NCBI GenBank assembly: GCA_002104905.1
Contig: MCFE01000083.1
Coordinates: 114,485-178,484 of the forward strand
Origin: Basidiobolus meristosporus CBS 931.73
Lineage: Eukaryota > Fungi > Basidiobolomycota
Direction: 5' to 3'
Length of the DNA: 64,000 nucleotides
Below are positions 1-13,427 of the stretch, in pieces. Position 1 is the stretch's first letter. Each line of letters starts with the position of its first letter. The position numbers and the translations under genes were made by a program. The notes beneath the pieces were generated by a model. The model did no database searches and was not told the origin of the DNA. It worked only from the letters and a program-made list of their open reading frames with translations.

Positions 1-1251
1 CTAGGAGAGCTTAATTACTACTTAGGGATTAAGTTCTCCATAGACAGAAGTACCCAGACTATCACCCTAAGCCAATCCAAGTATACTCAAGATATACTAA
101 AGAAGTACCACATGCAAGACTGTAAACCGGCAGCTACCCCAATGAAGACAAACCTTACCTTGGTCAAAACTCAACCATATCAAGAGAACTTGGTGCCATC
201 TGAAAGCCCTGACTTCCCTTATCAATCTATGGTTGGCAGTCTGATGTATATCATGCTTGGAACACGTCCAGATATCTCATATTCAGTGAGAGTTGACAGC
301 CAACATAATCAGAACTATAGATATGATCATATTGCAGCAGTTAAGCAGATTCTTAGATAGCTAAAAGGAACTGCTGATATCTGCTTGACATACACTTATA
401 AGGATGCAGAACAGGATCTTGCGGGATACTATGATGCTGATTGGGGATGAAATTTGGACAACAGAAGATCCACCACAGGATACACCTTTCTTTACTGTAA
501 AGGAGCAATTTCATGGAATTCAAGAAAGCAACCAACCGTAGCACTTTCTACCACAGAGGCAGAGTACATCGCAGCCTGTGAAGCTACAAAAGAAGCAATG
601 TGGCCAAGAAAGCTTTTTACAGATTTAGGCATATGTCAAAAAACGCCTATTACTTTATTTCAAGATAATCAAGGATGTATACAACTAGGTAGAAATCCAA
701 CTTTTCATGCTAGAACCAAGCACATAGATATTAGACATCATCTCATACGTGAAGCTATAGAGAATAACTTAGTTAGCTTAGTTTACTGTCCTACAGATGA
801 AATGATTGCAAACATATTTACCAAACCATTAGCTAGAGACAAGTTTGAATATCTTAGGTCAAAATTAGGACTAGTCAGTGTGAACATTTAGCTGAGTGGG
901 AGTGTTGTAAAAACTTGTAATTCCACCTAAATATTCACCTAACTTAGTCACTTAGATCAGTACCCTCAAATCCTAGAGAATACTGACCAAATTCCTTGTT
1001 GGGATTTACTTGGAATATTTTCACCACAATATTAGATACCCAGAATATGAGAATTCTCAAAGTTGTTCAAACAGCTCCAGATTTTGCACACATGATCTTG
1101 GGACCTTCCTCAACCTACTCTCTGTGTTTGTTATGCCAAGACTATGTAAAAGTACAATTACTACTTTTACATTCAATAAATCATTAGGTGAAAACCACAT
1201 AATCTACTTGCTCTCCCTATCACTTCCAATATCTCCAAGACTCTTACAACT
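1..1251 (+). mobile_element. Ty1/copia LTR retrotransposon, 3' fragment (RT C-terminus, RNase H, PPT, LTR), degenerate
   Basis: ORFs 112-360 and 454-891 carry copia motifs ([56 protein letters not shown]). A purine tract GAGTGGGAG precedes an LTR starting TGTTGTAA at 903. Confidence 0.92.
903..1251 (+). repeat. copia LTR (about 350 bp)
   Basis: Starts TGTTGTAA and ends TTACAAC(T). Aligns by eye with the LTRs at 2284, 3370 and 7417. Confidence 0.88.
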
Positions 1252-1344
1252 AAAATAAGCCATTATTGGGATTTGTTATGCTTGGGCCAGGGAAAATTGG
1301 TTAGGGTACTAGTTTTTCTAAGAGAGTAAAATTGACCAAGTTTT

Positions 1345-2631
1345 AAATGTTGATGCACAACAAGGAATTTGAGATGCCCAATCTGGGAGAACTCAGCTAC
1401 TACTTGGGGATAAATTTCTCCATTCACAGATATACGCATACTAGCACCCTAGGTCTATCCAAGTATATTCAAGAAAAACTTAAAATATTTTAAATTGAAG
1501 ACTGTAAACCTGCAGCTACCTCAATGGAGACAAGCCTTAACTTGGTCAAAACTCAACCAAATCAAGAGAACTTGGTGCCATCTGGAAGACCTGACGGTCC
1601 TTATCCATCTATGACTGGCGGTTTGATGCATATTATGCTTGGAACATGTCCAGATATCACATATCCAGTGGGAGTTGTCAGCCAGCACAATCAGTACTAT
1701 GGGTCTTATCAAATTGCAGGAGTTCATCAGATTTTGATATACCTTGAAGAATTTGCTGCTATCTGCTTAAGGTATGCCAATGCAGACTAGAGCAGTATCT
1801 TGTTGGATACTTTGATGCCAATTGAGGACAAAATTTAGAAGACAAAGGATATACCACAGGATACCCCTTTCTTTATGGCAAAGGAGTAATTTCATGGAAC
1901 TCAAGAAAGAGACCAACTGTAGCACCTTCTATCACAGAGGCAGAGTATATGGCAGCCTGTGAAGCTAAAAAACAAGCAATGTGGTTATGAAAGCTTTTTG
2001 AAGATTTTGGCTTATGTCCAATAATGCCTATTACTTTATTTCAAGATAATTAAGGATGTATACAAGCAGGTAAAAATCCAACTTTTCATGCTAGAACTGA
2101 GCACATATATATTAGACAGCATTTTATGCATAAAGCTATAGACAATGGCTTAGTCAGTATAGATTATTGTCCTACAGATGAAATGATTGCAGTCATATTT
2201 ACCAAACCACTTACTAGAGACAAATTTCAGTATCTTAGGTCCAGATCAGGACTAGTCAGTTTGAGCATTTGGTTGAGTAGGAGTGTTGTAAAGATATGTA
2301 GTTCCACCTAAATATTCACCCAATCTAGTCACTTGATCATTAGCAACAAGTTTTAGAGAATGCTGGCTAAATTCCTTGTTAGGATTTACTCAGAATATTC
2401 TCACCAAAATACCAGGTATGCAGAAAATGAAAATTCCCAAAGTTATCCTAAAAGCCTTAAGCTTTGCACACATGTTCTTGGGACCTTCCTAAACCTGTTT
2501 CATACCTCTGTTATGCCAAGGCCATGTAAAGTACAAAAATACTACTTTAACATTCCATAAGTCATCTGGTGAAAACCACATAATCTACTTCTTGTACCAA
2601 TTGCTTCCAATATTTCAAAACTCTCACAACA
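1345..2631 (+). mobile_element. Second Ty1/copia 3' fragment (RT C-terminus, RNase H, LTR), degenerate
   Basis: Homologous to 1-1251 with many stop codons. LTR at 2284-2631 (TGTTGTAA...TCACAACA). No 5' half is present. Confidence 0.88.
2284..2631 (+). repeat. copia LTR
   Basis: TG...CA termini, preceded by the PPT-like GAGTAGGAG. Similar to the other three LTRs. Confidence 0.87.
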
Positions 2632-3369
2632 AGTACAAGACAGTCTCAATACCATTCAAAATGGAGTTTATACTAAAATGAACCAGAGTGCACCTATCAG
2701 AAGGACTAGTGTCCAGCAGGTAGTATGAATATATTACAAAAAGGATTTTGCGGAAATTCAAGACTTATGTATGGCAAAAGTGGAGGCAATTAAGCATATA
2801 ATTGCAAGATTTAAATGTCAACAGCAATGCAAGATGTATGGCAGCTTTGCTAATATCACACTCAAATGCTGTAAAGTTGAGGTTATAGGAGTGTGTCAAT
2901 TGTAGCAGGTGAAACACCATAAAAGCCACTGATTAGGCCTGCTCAAATTGGTTTGGCCCATACAATGACCACCTTTATGCTATGCAAACCTTGCACAAAG
3001 ACTCTCAAAACAGCATCCAGTCTACTGATATACTTGGCATTAAAGACAGCAAAACACCATCACAATCCTGGCATAAAATCAAAAAAGTGTCAAGAGTTCC
3101 TAGCTACTTGCATTGCAATGGCCTTATCATGTGATCCCAATGGCTGATTTGGACTGGATCCACCTGTGGGACCAAGTTATTCTTCATAGGTTAAAGAATG
3201 TGCAATGTTCCTTTATTTTAATATTAGCAAGTAGCTCAATCCAGGTCTATGGCACAGAGCTGCTTGAGCTACTGCTTTGCCACAGAGATACCATATTTTC
3301 CTCCTAGGATACTGATTGCTCTGTTAGCATGATCTGCTTGACCTGGTTCTATACTATGCAAGTTGGATC

Positions 3370-3716
3370 TGTTGTAAAGTTTGTAATTCCACCTAAATAC
3401 TCACCCAGCTTAGTCACTTAGTCTAATACCCACAAATCTTAGAGAATACTATCCAAATTCCTTTCTGGGACTTACACAGAAAATTTCCGCCAAGCTATCA
3501 GGTACCCAAATCATGAAAATCTCATAGTTATCCAAACAGCCCAAGACTTTGCGCACGTGCTTTTGAGACCTCTCAAAATCTATTCTATGTGGCTATTATG
3601 CCATGACCATGTAAGTGTATAAATACTACATTCCCAATCAACAGACCACTAAGTAAAAAGCATATGGTCTGCTTACTCTTCTAATCACTTCCAATATCTC
3701 CAAGACCCTTTCAACA
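3370..3716 (+). repeat. 5' LTR of the copia element
   Basis: TGTTGTAA...TTCAACA, followed immediately by the PBS. Confidence 0.9.
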
Positions 3717-3729
3717 GGTTATGGGCCCC
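3717..3729 (+). promoter_or_regulatory. Primer-binding site of the Drosophila-copia type (initiator tRNA-Met fragment)
   Basis: GGTTATGGGCCCA directly after the LTR matches the copia/Hemivirus-type PBS as I recall it. Confidence 0.75.
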
Positions 3730-6700
3730 AAGCTGTCACCCTCTGCATTGTCTCCTACTGCCATGACTGGAGTTTTTCCCTCAGCTGAAAAGTTGGATAA
3801 ATCTACCTACCGTGTGTGGATGGTAAAGTTGAAGATGCTGCTATAAGAAAGTGGCCTTTTGGACATTATCATTGGAGAAGAATGCCCTCCTAAAAGTATA
3901 GGAGAGGAAGCCCCAAAATAACAGAAGAAAGAATCAAAGCCTTCAAGTGCATTGGCCTCAATGTTGCAGATAAGTTGGTAATTCATTGCTCAAGAGCAAA
4001 AATGACAGAAAATGCCTGGTAGTCATTAGAAGACACATATCAGTCATGAGCAGCTGCAGTAATGCTATATCTTAGACAAAAATTCTTTACTACAAAGATG
4101 CTGCCAGCGGCAGAATTGAAAAATCTAATCAACAAAATCACTCTGTTGGTTGATGAGATAGAGTCTCTGGAGGCACCAACTACTAATGACAATGTGATAG
4201 TAGCTATCCTGTCTAGCCTGACAGATAGGTTTCAGGGCCTTGTATTAGCCCTAAAGTCCAGAATTGAAGATTTGACCATGTATCACTTTATGAAAGGCTC
4301 CTGGATGAAGAATCAAGTAAATTAATTGCCAATAAGAAGGAAGCAAAAAATGCTCTAATAAGCAATGATAACCAACAAAGGAGGTACTCAAAACCCCTTA
4401 AATGCAACAGCAATCTGTTTTGCAACTACTGCAAATGGAAAGGATGCACATTAGACCAGTACCTCAAAAGGAGTATTAATCAACTAAAGAAGCATGAATA
4501 TGGAAATGCTGCCACAGCTGAAGATAGATTATTCATATCTGCACTAAATACGACCACAAATAGGGCTTCTCAGAAGTTGCATACTGACTATGGAGTATAT
4601 CAACACTTCACACACCAAAATGAGCTTTTTACTCAATATCAAAAATTTCAATTGAAAATGTTTCCATGGGTCACAGCAGAATACTTGATGTTGTTGGGGA
4701 AGAAACTATGCAAGTTAACCTTAGTAGCAGTGAAGGAAGCCACACATGTACCTTCAAAGAAGTACTCTATGTACCAGAAATAGCCAAGAACCTACTATCA
4801 GTAAGCAAGGCCACAGTAGAAGGACTCAGTTTCAGTTTAACAATTCTGGATGCAGGATCACTGATCAATAGATCAGCTTTTTGGAGCACTGTGAAGCCTG
4901 CATACATGGGAAACAAGCCAGACAACCATTCACAAGCTCTGGGTTAATCAAAATTAAGAAAAAATAGATCTAATTTACCTAGATATTTGTCAACATGTGC
5001 AACATATATCCTTAGGCAGGATGAAGTATTTAACTACTTTTATTGATGCTTATACAAGATACTCATAGATCTACTTCAGGGAGAGAAAGGAGCAAGCTCT
5101 GTCTAAGCCCAGGGAGTCTAAAGCCATGGTGGAGGGAGAAACTGGTGAAAAAATCATGAAAATATACCCTGATACTGGTGGAAAATATACCTCAAAACCT
5201 TTCATCCACTTCCGCAAGATTGACGGGGTAAAGCAAGGGAGTACTGTACCATACTCCCCACAGCAAAATCAGGTGGCAGAAGTGCAAACAGATCATTAAT
5301 TGATATGGCAAGTTCTATGATACATGATCAAAACTATCCTATGACATTTGGGTGGAATTAGCTGCTACAGCTCTACTTCTCAGGAACAGGAGTTGTAGCA
5401 GAGCACTCTATGATTCTACTCCATTTGAGGCATGGTATAGGTACATACCAAGTGCAGAGCATCTAAGAGTGCCTGGGTGCACTGCATATGTCAAGAAACT
5501 GACCAGATTTTAGTTAAAACTAGAGCCAAAAGGTGCAAAATGTGTATTTTTGGGCTACTGTAATGCAAGTAAGGTCTACAGACTCCACAATACCAAAGCA
5601 AAGAAGCCAATCAAGTCTAGAGATCTGTTGTTTGAGGAAAACTCAAAATTTTCACAAAAAATGTCATCAGATGGTGACAAAAATCTGATCATAAGTTCAC
5701 CCATAATCAGGATTGAATCAGAGCAGAGCAGTGGGAATTCAGTCACTTCAGAGTACTCTACAACTATGGTGCAGCCAGAGTTGGTGGCCAGGAATATCCC
5801 AAAAGTGATCACTCCAGTATTACAAATCATGTGATCCAACTGGTCCAGAAATAGCCCCAATTTCTATATCAATTGAGGTTAAAACTTAACCTATGCCTAT
5901 TCAGTCCATATTGATGGACCTCAGGTGGTATAAGAAGCCCTGAATAGCCCTCAGACAAAGTTTTGGAGATTGGCAATGACTGAGGAGTATCAGGCCCTGA
6001 TGGAAAAGCAAGTTACCAATCAACTAAAAACCAATTGGATGCACATGGATCTTGAAGTAATAATACAAGGCTGAAAGTACAATTGAAAGAGACAAAGCAA
6101 GACCTGTGGCCAAAGGATTCTCACAAGCAAGACAACTTCACTATATTGAGGTCTTAACTTTTATAAGTTTATCATTCATCAAATGGATGTAAAAGCTGCA
6201 TTTCTGAATGGGGAACCTGATGAGGATGTGTACAATGACTAGACTAATGAGTTTGTTGATCAGGATAGCCCCCATTTGGTCTGCAAGCTTAAAACATCTC
6301 TATATGGTCTAAAACAAATACCAAGAGCCTCAAATTGCAAGATAGATTCTTATTTGGAATCTTTATGTCTCCAAAGGAGTACTGCCAATTATAGTATCTA
6401 TTATAAGCCAGATAGAGCAAATCCATATCTATTAGCACTTTATATGGAAGATCTTGCTATGGCTGTCAATAACTTAGAAATATTGGCAGAGCCTAAATCC
6501 AGCCTCACTAAGAAGGTCAAGATGTCCAATCTGGGAGAACTCAGCTACTACTTAGGGATATAGTTCTTCACAGACAGAAGTACCCAGTTTATTATCCTAA
6601 GTCAGCCCAAGTATATTCAAGGTATACTTCAGAAGTAATAAATGGAAGACTGTAAACCTGTAACTACACCAATGGAGACAAACACTACCTGGTCAAAACT

Positions 6701-7416
6701 CAACCAAATCAAGAGAGCTTGGTGCCATCTGAAAGCACAGACTTTCTTTATCAATCTGTGATTGTCAGTCTAATGTATATCATGCTTGGAACATGTTCAG
6801 ATATCTCATACACAGTGGGAGTTGTCAGCCAGCGTAATTAGAATTATGGAACTGATCACATTGTAGCTGTTGAGTAGATTTTTAGATACCAAAAAGGAAC
6901 TTGTGGTACACCTGTAGGATTTAGAACAAGATCTTGTGGGATACTCTGATGCTGATTGGGGACAAAATTTTGAAGACAGAAGCTCCACCACAGCATAAAC
7001 CTTTCTTAACTCTAAAGGAGCAGTTTCCTGGAATTCAAGAAAGCAGCCAACTGTAGCACTTTCTACCACTGAGGCAATGTATATGGCAGCCTGTGAAGCT
7101 ACAAAAAATGCCACATGGTCATGAAAGCTTTTTAAAGATTTGGGCATATGTCAAAAAATGCCTATTAATTTATTTCAAGATAATCAAGGATGTTTACTAT
7201 AAGGTAGAAATCCAATTTTTCATGCAGAACCAAGCACATAGATATTAGACATCAATTCATGCATACAGCTATAGAGAATAACATCTTTGACTTATTTTAC
7301 TGTTCCACAGATGAAGTGATTGCATATGTATTTTCTAAACCATTAGCTAGAGACAAATCTGAATATCTTAGGTTATAATTAGGACTAGTCAGTGTGAACA
7401 TTTAGTTGAGTGGGAG

Positions 7417-7763
7417 TGTTGTAAAAGTTGTAATTCCACCTAAATATCCACCTAACTCAGTCACTTAAATCATTACCCTCAAATCCTATAGAATAATGAC
7501 CAAATTTCTTGTTGGGATTTACTTGGAATATTTTCACCAAAATACCAGGTACCCAGAACATGAAAATTCTTAAAGTTATCCAAACAGCCCAAAACTTTGC
7601 ATACATGTTCTTGGGGCCTTCCTAAGCCTATTCTATGTGTTTTTATGCCAAGACCATGTAGTAGTATAAATACTACTTTCACATTCAATAAATCATTAAG
7701 TGAAGACCACATAATCTACATATTCTTCTAATCACTTCCAATATCTCCAAGGCTCTTACAACA
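7417..7763 (+). repeat. 3' LTR of the copia element
   Basis: Preceded by the PPT GAGTGGGAG. TGTTGTAA...TTACAACA termini. Confidence 0.9.
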
Positions 7764-8444
7764 GGATCCACCCATGGGACCAATTGTTTTTCACTGAGGA
7801 TATGATAGTCTCAGAGTTGACCAAAGGCCCCCAGGCTTTGCACACATGTTGTTCAGATCTTCCCAAACATGCACCATGTAAAAGTATAAATAGCACTTCC
7901 ACATCTAATCTGGCTATCAAACTGCATCCACAATTGAACACAACTTCCTGGAACCTTAGTTGAAATACTCCTGTCATCAGCATTGCAAAAAGTGACAATC
8001 CTTTGTTTCATCCTGGCTAGCCAACAGGTGAGCAACATGGGCGCGTTGTGGTTCCTCAGTTCCCGTCCAAACATCACACCAGGCGACCCATACGTATCCC
8101 ATAAGTGCGCCTGGTGGCTAGGTGGCAGTAGAAACTGTCCAGGGTGCCAAAGCAACCATGCAACTGCCATGACTACCAACACGTGGAAGTCATCGGGAGG
8201 CAATTGGAGCTTCAATTCAGGCAGTAGAACTCCCACCTGAACCTCGGAATCCCATAAATCGGGCGGTTGTGAGACGAAGGTGGTAGGGGTGGCCCACATT
8301 TATTGATGGCCAATCCATCTGGAGGACCATGACCATTTGTGAGGTTAGGAGGAACCAGACGGTCAGCAACGGTTCGTAGCCAAGTGTCTGCTCTCCATGG
8401 GAAGGAAAGTAGCAGCAACCCAGGATAGGTTGAGGGATTTACAC

Positions 8445-9158
<714 letters not shown>

Positions 9159-9378
9159 CTACAATTTAATGGAGTAAACAAACGATCTGGTGGGTGATCC
9201 GGATCAATTTGTTGTTTAAACAAAAGGCTGCGTTTCGAGTGGGATGATGAGGATATGCTCTGGATATACTAAAAAAATCTATGTACAAAGTGATCGGGTG
9301 CGGTCAAGAAGGGAAAGAGGAAGTGGGAGCAGGAGCGTGAGCGTGAGTGGTAGTTAGGATGCATACGAAATTAACAGT

Positions 9379-10717
9379 CTACGTGCGGTGGTTGACGAAT
9401 GGTGACCAACACATGCGTTTTTTATCCGAGCCTGATGGGATCCCACCTAGTGTCTCTTTGGGGAACACGTCCATTTTACACAGTGGACACTTCCTTGCCT
9501 TCGTGGTCAGCCACGAATCTATGCATTTGGCGTGGAAGTCGTGGTTACATGGCAGCCTTCTAACCTGGTCACCATCGCAGAAATCGTCCAGACAAACAGA
9601 ACACACCCAATGCCTTAGGGGGTCCCCGTCAACCAGCAGGGCCAAAGGTGGCTGGTCCACGTGATTGGATTCACATTGACCTTGGATGGTATTATTAGCT
9701 AGATCTACATTGGAAACACCGCTACTGGTAACATCCGATTCAGCAGCACTATAATTAGCCGTGTCTCCGGAGCACCATGGACGTACAGGAAAGAGGCTCA
9801 AATGATTTTTCTTAAGCACCGCGGCATCCGTGTTGTACAGCGGAGGGCCACGGTTTCGGGACAAGTGACGCCTACGGTAACTTAAGAAAGCTGGGAGATA
9901 GGGTCCGATGGATATGTGTCAGTAAAATGAAAGGAACCTCGAGATCGGCATGAATGACGTTACCAAACACGAGTGCACCAGAGAAAACGAGTACCGATGC
10001 GACGATGATGGTGATTTCCCATACACCTGGCCGAAATCTCTGCTGGGGTATCAAAGTTAACTGGATGTGCTTGGCCCAGTGCGAAGTGGTATTGAATGGT
10101 GTCGAGTCCGAGTCCACCGTGGTCAGACCGTGGTACAGTTGGTTCCCCACTTCTTTGGAGACAATTACCACCGGTATAGATGCGGATATCCGGAGCCTTA
10201 TCACATTTACGTCGAGAGGTTGGTCGTCAAATATGATTGCCCCAACAGCCGAGTCGGTTTGTGCCTGGTTGATCTTCCACTCCAGAGCACAGCCATTTAG
10301 TTTGAGGAGCGCGATGTGTTTTATGTGGGTCACGTTCTCGGGGGCGTAAGAAACATTTGCTGCTGGAGATTCCGTACAGGAGTCCCCTTGAAAGTACAGA
10401 ATACCCTAGGGAAAATAGATGAGTCTTACAGGGCTCAACAATAGCAGGCAATTTGCGGAAGGGGAGCATACCTGAAGCCCTTCGCTAGGAGGCGTGGGGC
10501 CGGCGGGCAAGAAGGAGACGTCTTTTAGGTATTCGACGGTTTTGGAGGTTTTGTCTTGTTTGAAAGAAGAGGAATCGGCCAAAACGTACACCACCTCTTG
10601 AAGAATGCTGGGATCTCTGCCATGAAAGAGAGTAGCAGAAGAAGACAGCTGATGGCAATGGAGTAGGACGGAGACAAAAAACACTTGCAGCCAACGGCTA
10701 AACAGCTTCCCAGTCAT
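9379..10717 (-). CDS. PA-domain / TM / RING-H2 E3 ubiquitin ligase (RNF13/GRAIL-like), spliced
   Basis: Signal peptide, PA domain (HIALLKLNGCALEWKINQAQ...GAIIFD), TM helix, and RING-H2 CSVCLDDF...LPCNHDFHAKCIDSWL...CPLCK. Confidence 0.88.
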
Positions 10718-12466
10718 CAAAGATAACAGTTTATTCTATGGCGAATGGCACTTTCTGTGCTATGAATGAGGGGACTTGCAGTAAAAAACACTAGTATAAA
10801 GAGGTAAGGAGACTGGCTCTAAGAAACGAACGGAAAAACCGAATACTGAGAGGTTTCACCGCATATATGTATGGTGTAAGGGGAACTATTATTGGTCTAC
10901 CTGTTGGAAGCTTATTTTAAGGCAAATCCTGGAGAATTGGAGAATATGGTATCAGTCAAAGAATGATTTCTGTTCCCGCTCACTTCACTTCATTCGCCAG
11001 TGGTGCCGGACCAATGATGCACTTCGGTGGTACAACTGATGTTAAAATGCAAGCAAAGACCGATAGAGTCCCATCTAAAAACTGGCTTGAGGACTATTGA
11101 TTTGTCAGGTGTCACTGTTAATCACATTTAAGCTTAATCACTCATATAATCAGAAGACTGGGTACATCAAGTTTCAGGTGATTGGCCGTCTGTATACGCC
11201 AACGTTACTTACAATTTCGCTAGCATGCACAATCCTGTGGTGCGTAAAATTGGAAAGCGAAGGATCGTAGCTGTTAAACCGGAAAAATCCCATCACGATT
11301 TCTTCTAGTTGCATACCAATCATGACTATATTTAGCCAATCTTTGCAACGTTACTTGGGTATAGCCTGCGTGTTGACTATTGTTCTGACGGATCAGTCCA
11401 AGACAAATTGTAGGCATTCCGGATATTTTCTTAGTAGCTGCTGCCTCCCTTCTCTTTGTGAAGCCGGACAGCGGATGAAACGATTGAATCCAATACAACT
11501 CTTCAAAGTACTACTTTATTTCACCTCAGAGCCTATACAAGGTGACATTCCTTGACAGAGGTGATGTTGCTAGACGGTGACTCCGAGAGACTCTCTCGCG
11601 CACCCACTCATTCACCCACTGTGGCATACGGAACAACGTGGGCGGTTGTACCACATAGCAGCATCCCACGTGCGCAAAGTCATCCATATCCCTCACCCAC
11701 TCGCTCGTTCACTTTCATTCATCCATACTTGGTTGTAATGTGCAGCCTCATGTGCGGCTTGACCGAGCATCTATGGTCTCTGATGTGAGAATCGTGTGGC
11801 AAGAGCGAAGAGTGATGAAGTCGATCCAGCGTACGGACGCGGATATGAACACACATGGCTGAGTTGACCTCATATTCCCCAATCCAGGTTAATTTGTTCC
11901 AACCTGAGGGAACGGTCCTTCATCGACACGATCACGTATTTACTCATTCACCCGTTCACTCATCCGCCCATGCACCCATCCACTTATCCACTCATCCTCT
12001 CACTCACTCATTCACTCATTTATCCATTCTTCCGACATCTCCGCATCGCCCAATGGATGGTGGACTAGCGGGAAGAGACAAATGCAGTGGATGGAACCGC
12101 ATCTCACAAGGTCGATTGTCAAGTCGAGAGCCCGCCTCTCCGAACACCTACCATCGCAAGCGACATTGGCCAGAGATCCGCATTCAGCGTGCATATTGGG
12201 GGAGGGATTCGGGCTGGATTATTCCTCAGCAAGGAGTGAGCTAAATTGCCACTTTATGCTGCTCTGATGAAACCGATTGTATGCAGCTGACACTAGATTC
12301 TTGTGCGATGCTTGGATGCGAGGTGTATATAAGTCCCGCCGCCCTCGTCATCTCCCCAGTATTCTTTAGCAAGCACACAGCAGCCAGACAGGTCATCTAG
12401 TACCTCACTGTATCCAGTTCAAGCAACGGTCAATCCCACATACAAACGTACAAACAAACAAATAAG

Positions 12467-12501
12467 CACACACACACACACACACACGCATACACACACA
12501 C
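12467..12501 (+). repeat. (CA)n microsatellite in the leader of the duplicated gene; mirror (TG)n at about 14047-14073
   Basis: Seen directly. Length differs between the arms. Confidence 0.9.
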
Positions 12502-12590
12502 CTATCATTGCAAGCAACTAGTAATCAGCAAGTCTGATCCAATCCAGATCTACTCAAGCTAAATCTCTCACGCCAATCCAATCCAAGAAA

Positions 12591-12935
12591 ATGGGCCTGT
12601 TCAACATCTTCACCGAGTGCTACTCTGGACCTGCCCCCACCTACCCAAAAGCCCGCAGACCATCAGCCACACCACTTCTCTCCAAGTCAAGCATGACAGA
12701 CATGGAGGTGGCCAGCGAATCGGAACACGGGGAATCCCGGGAGCTCAGACGAAGGATGAGCAGCAGGTTCGGTCTGCTCAAGAGCCGGACAAAGTGCGAG
12801 GTGACCCTGGAATATGGCGACAACCTGGATCAGGTCCGGGAGAAGCTAAGGGAAGTGAGCTTTGACGAGGTGATCCACCAGGGTTTCAGAGGGCAGTTGG
12901 TGAGCCCAGACCAGCCACCGTACAGTTCACCCTGA
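12591..12935 (+). CDS. Hypothetical 114-aa protein, copy 1
   Basis: ATG-initiated ORF downstream of a TATA-like box. GC3-rich codons, and the frame is conserved in the second arm. No family recognised. Confidence 0.6.
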   Translation: MGLFNIFTECYSGPAPTYPKARRPSATPLLSKSSMTDMEVASESEHGESRELRRRMSSRFGLLKSRTKCEVTLEYGDNLDQVREKLREVSFDEVIHQGFRGQLVSPDQPPYSSP

Positions 12936-13427
12936 CCCCAGCCCTCGTTCGCTGACACCAGCCGTCCAGTTAAACTCGTCCCATTCCGATTCCCAGTATA
13001 TTAACCTAATCGATATCCGATGTAATTTAAACAGTTTTGAATGCTGGGCATTCGTATTGTACTAAAGTTAGAAACCGATTAACAATTCCCCATGTAAACC
13101 AAAGCAACATTAAAGCCAGCCTTGTAATCATCAATCAGGAATTCATTTGATCTAATGGAGGGCGGAATCCATTGTGTGCTTGCTGGGCTAACTCGGCAAT
13201 ATCGATGATCGGCAATTTCCAACCAATGTGGTTCACAAGAGGAAACGATGGGACGAAAGAAATGTCGAACCTTCTACGATAAAATGAACCCTCTCCCTTT
13301 GATCATGAACGTGCATCCGAATGATCCGTGGATCGGTTGTGCTGCACGTCGACCTCTTCAACATGCAATGCACCATTTGAATTCATCCACCGTCGTCCTT
13401 GTTTGAATTTGAATTTGATGAAATGTT

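Larger units (their letters stand above)
3370..7763 (+). mobile_element. Full-length but degenerate Ty1/copia element with 5-bp TSD GGATC
   Basis: 5' LTR 3370-3716, PBS GGTTATGGGCCC at 3717, remnants of gag, integrase (TPQQN-like), RT (CKLKTSLYGLKQ) and RNase H interrupted by stops. PPT then 3' LTR 7417-7763. GGATC lies at both 3365-3369 and 7764-7768. Confidence 0.92.
11474..13118 (+). repeat. Left arm of a large inverted duplication
   Basis: Near-identical reverse complement of 13428-14971. Carries about 90 extra nt near 11600-11695 between CACCCACTC repeats. Confidence 0.95.

Noticed and set aside
7853-8418. Overlapping ORFs between the copia 3' LTR and DHFR
   Set aside because: No recognisable domain in any frame; cannot be supported as coding or as a TE.
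11855-12244. 129-aa His/Thr/Ser-rich ORF in the inverted repeat (mirror 14300-14683)
   Set aside because: It is built from low-complexity TCAC/CATC repeats in the upstream region, has a non-ATG start, and is frameshifted between the arms.
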